A program made the position numbers and the translations under genes. Under the pieces are notes generated by a model. The model had not been told where the DNA came from and ran no database searches. It saw only the letters and a list, made by a program, of their open reading frames with translations. From Aplysia californica (taxonomy: Eukaryota), in NCBI RefSeq assembly GCF_000002075.1, contig NW_004797283.1, positions 1,356,551 through 1,420,550 of the forward strand: DNA of 64,000 nt, in the 5' to 3' direction. Position 1 is the stretch's first letter, and each line of letters starts with the position of its first letter. Shown piece by piece: positions 63,501 through 64,000 of the stretch.

Positions 63501-63639
63501 CAAGAAACCTACCATATGATGTGGCCTAAATAAGATAAGGGAGGGGGTTTAGCTTATTTGGGCCTCAGTGTGGCCTAAATAAGGTAAGGGAGGGGGGTTT
63601 AGCTTATTTAGGCCCAGTGTGACCTAAATAAGGTCACCC
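60533..63639 (-). mobile_element. Second, inverted copy of the 10739-14409 element (left end intact, right end not found)
   Basis: 60533-63165 is colinear with the reverse complement of ~10908-13690, including the palindromic array at 61692-62538; terminal array 63520-63639 ends GGTCACCC. Confidence 0.88.
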
Positions 63640-63987
63640 TAATATAATTTTGTTATTTTCTGGTCACCTTTCCAAGGACCTTAAATTGATTCTACATCAC
63701 ATGTCATGTACGATACGGCTGTGAAGGAAAATGGATGTGAAGAGTTTTAAAGAAATAATAATGTAACTTGTAAAGAAAACAATGCTTTACATTGGTTTAG
63801 TTATTTTGACTACATATGTGGCCTAAATATGGTAAGGGAGGGGGGTTTAGCTTATTTAGGCCACAGATGTGGCCTAAATAAGGTAAAGGAGGGGGGTTTA
63901 GCTTATTTAGGCCACCTGTGGCCCAAATAAGGTAAGGGAGGGGGGTTTAGCTTATTTAGGCCATATGTGGCCTAAATAAGGTCACCC
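63640..63987 (-). mobile_element. Left end of a third copy of the same family, abutting or interrupted by copy 2
   Basis: Array 63817-63987 ends GGTCACCC; 63640-63673 resembles internal sequence 62661-62694 and 11367-11400. Confidence 0.8.
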
Positions 63988-64000
63988 AAATTAAATATAG

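Noticed and set aside
10739-63987. 53-kb composite transposon that moved ZZZ3 and ZNF as a unit
   Set aside because: Outer flanking 9-mers do not match, copy 1 has its own complete TSD pair, and the last ZZZ3 exon lies outside the block.

Overview
Animal (invertebrate, plausibly gastropod mollusc; taxon is an inference) genomic DNA with three protein-coding genes and many transposons. (1) Ferrochelatase (FECH), + strand: the whole catalytic region is one 1.24-kb exon (1433-2673). (2) ZZZ3/ATAC1-like gene, - strand: nine coding exons reconstructed by hand (28585 to 10562, 434 aa; SANT/Myb domain plus ZZ finger). (3) A divergently transcribed gene with 16 C2H2 fingers, + strand (41830-48172), with a duplicated in-frame splice donor and a cryptic 13-aa tyrosine repeat in its tail. 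The most unusual non-coding structure is a 3.67-kb non-autonomous element (10739-14409; GGG...CCC ends, perfect 9-bp TSD). Its two ends are direct arrays of a palindrome-plus-polar-core cassette, and it holds a ~0.9-kb head-to-head minisatellite palindrome. Two further, apparently nested, inverted copies lie at 60.5-64 kb. Four tiny hairpins flanked by 7-8-bp TSDs, one exactly 17+17 bp, look like P-element excision footprints; three sit in the putative promoter zone. Tigger/pogo-like, piggyBac-like and MULE MITEs, RTE and L2 LINE relics, SINEs and two assembly gaps are also present. No CRISPR array, rRNA or convincing tRNA gene was found.
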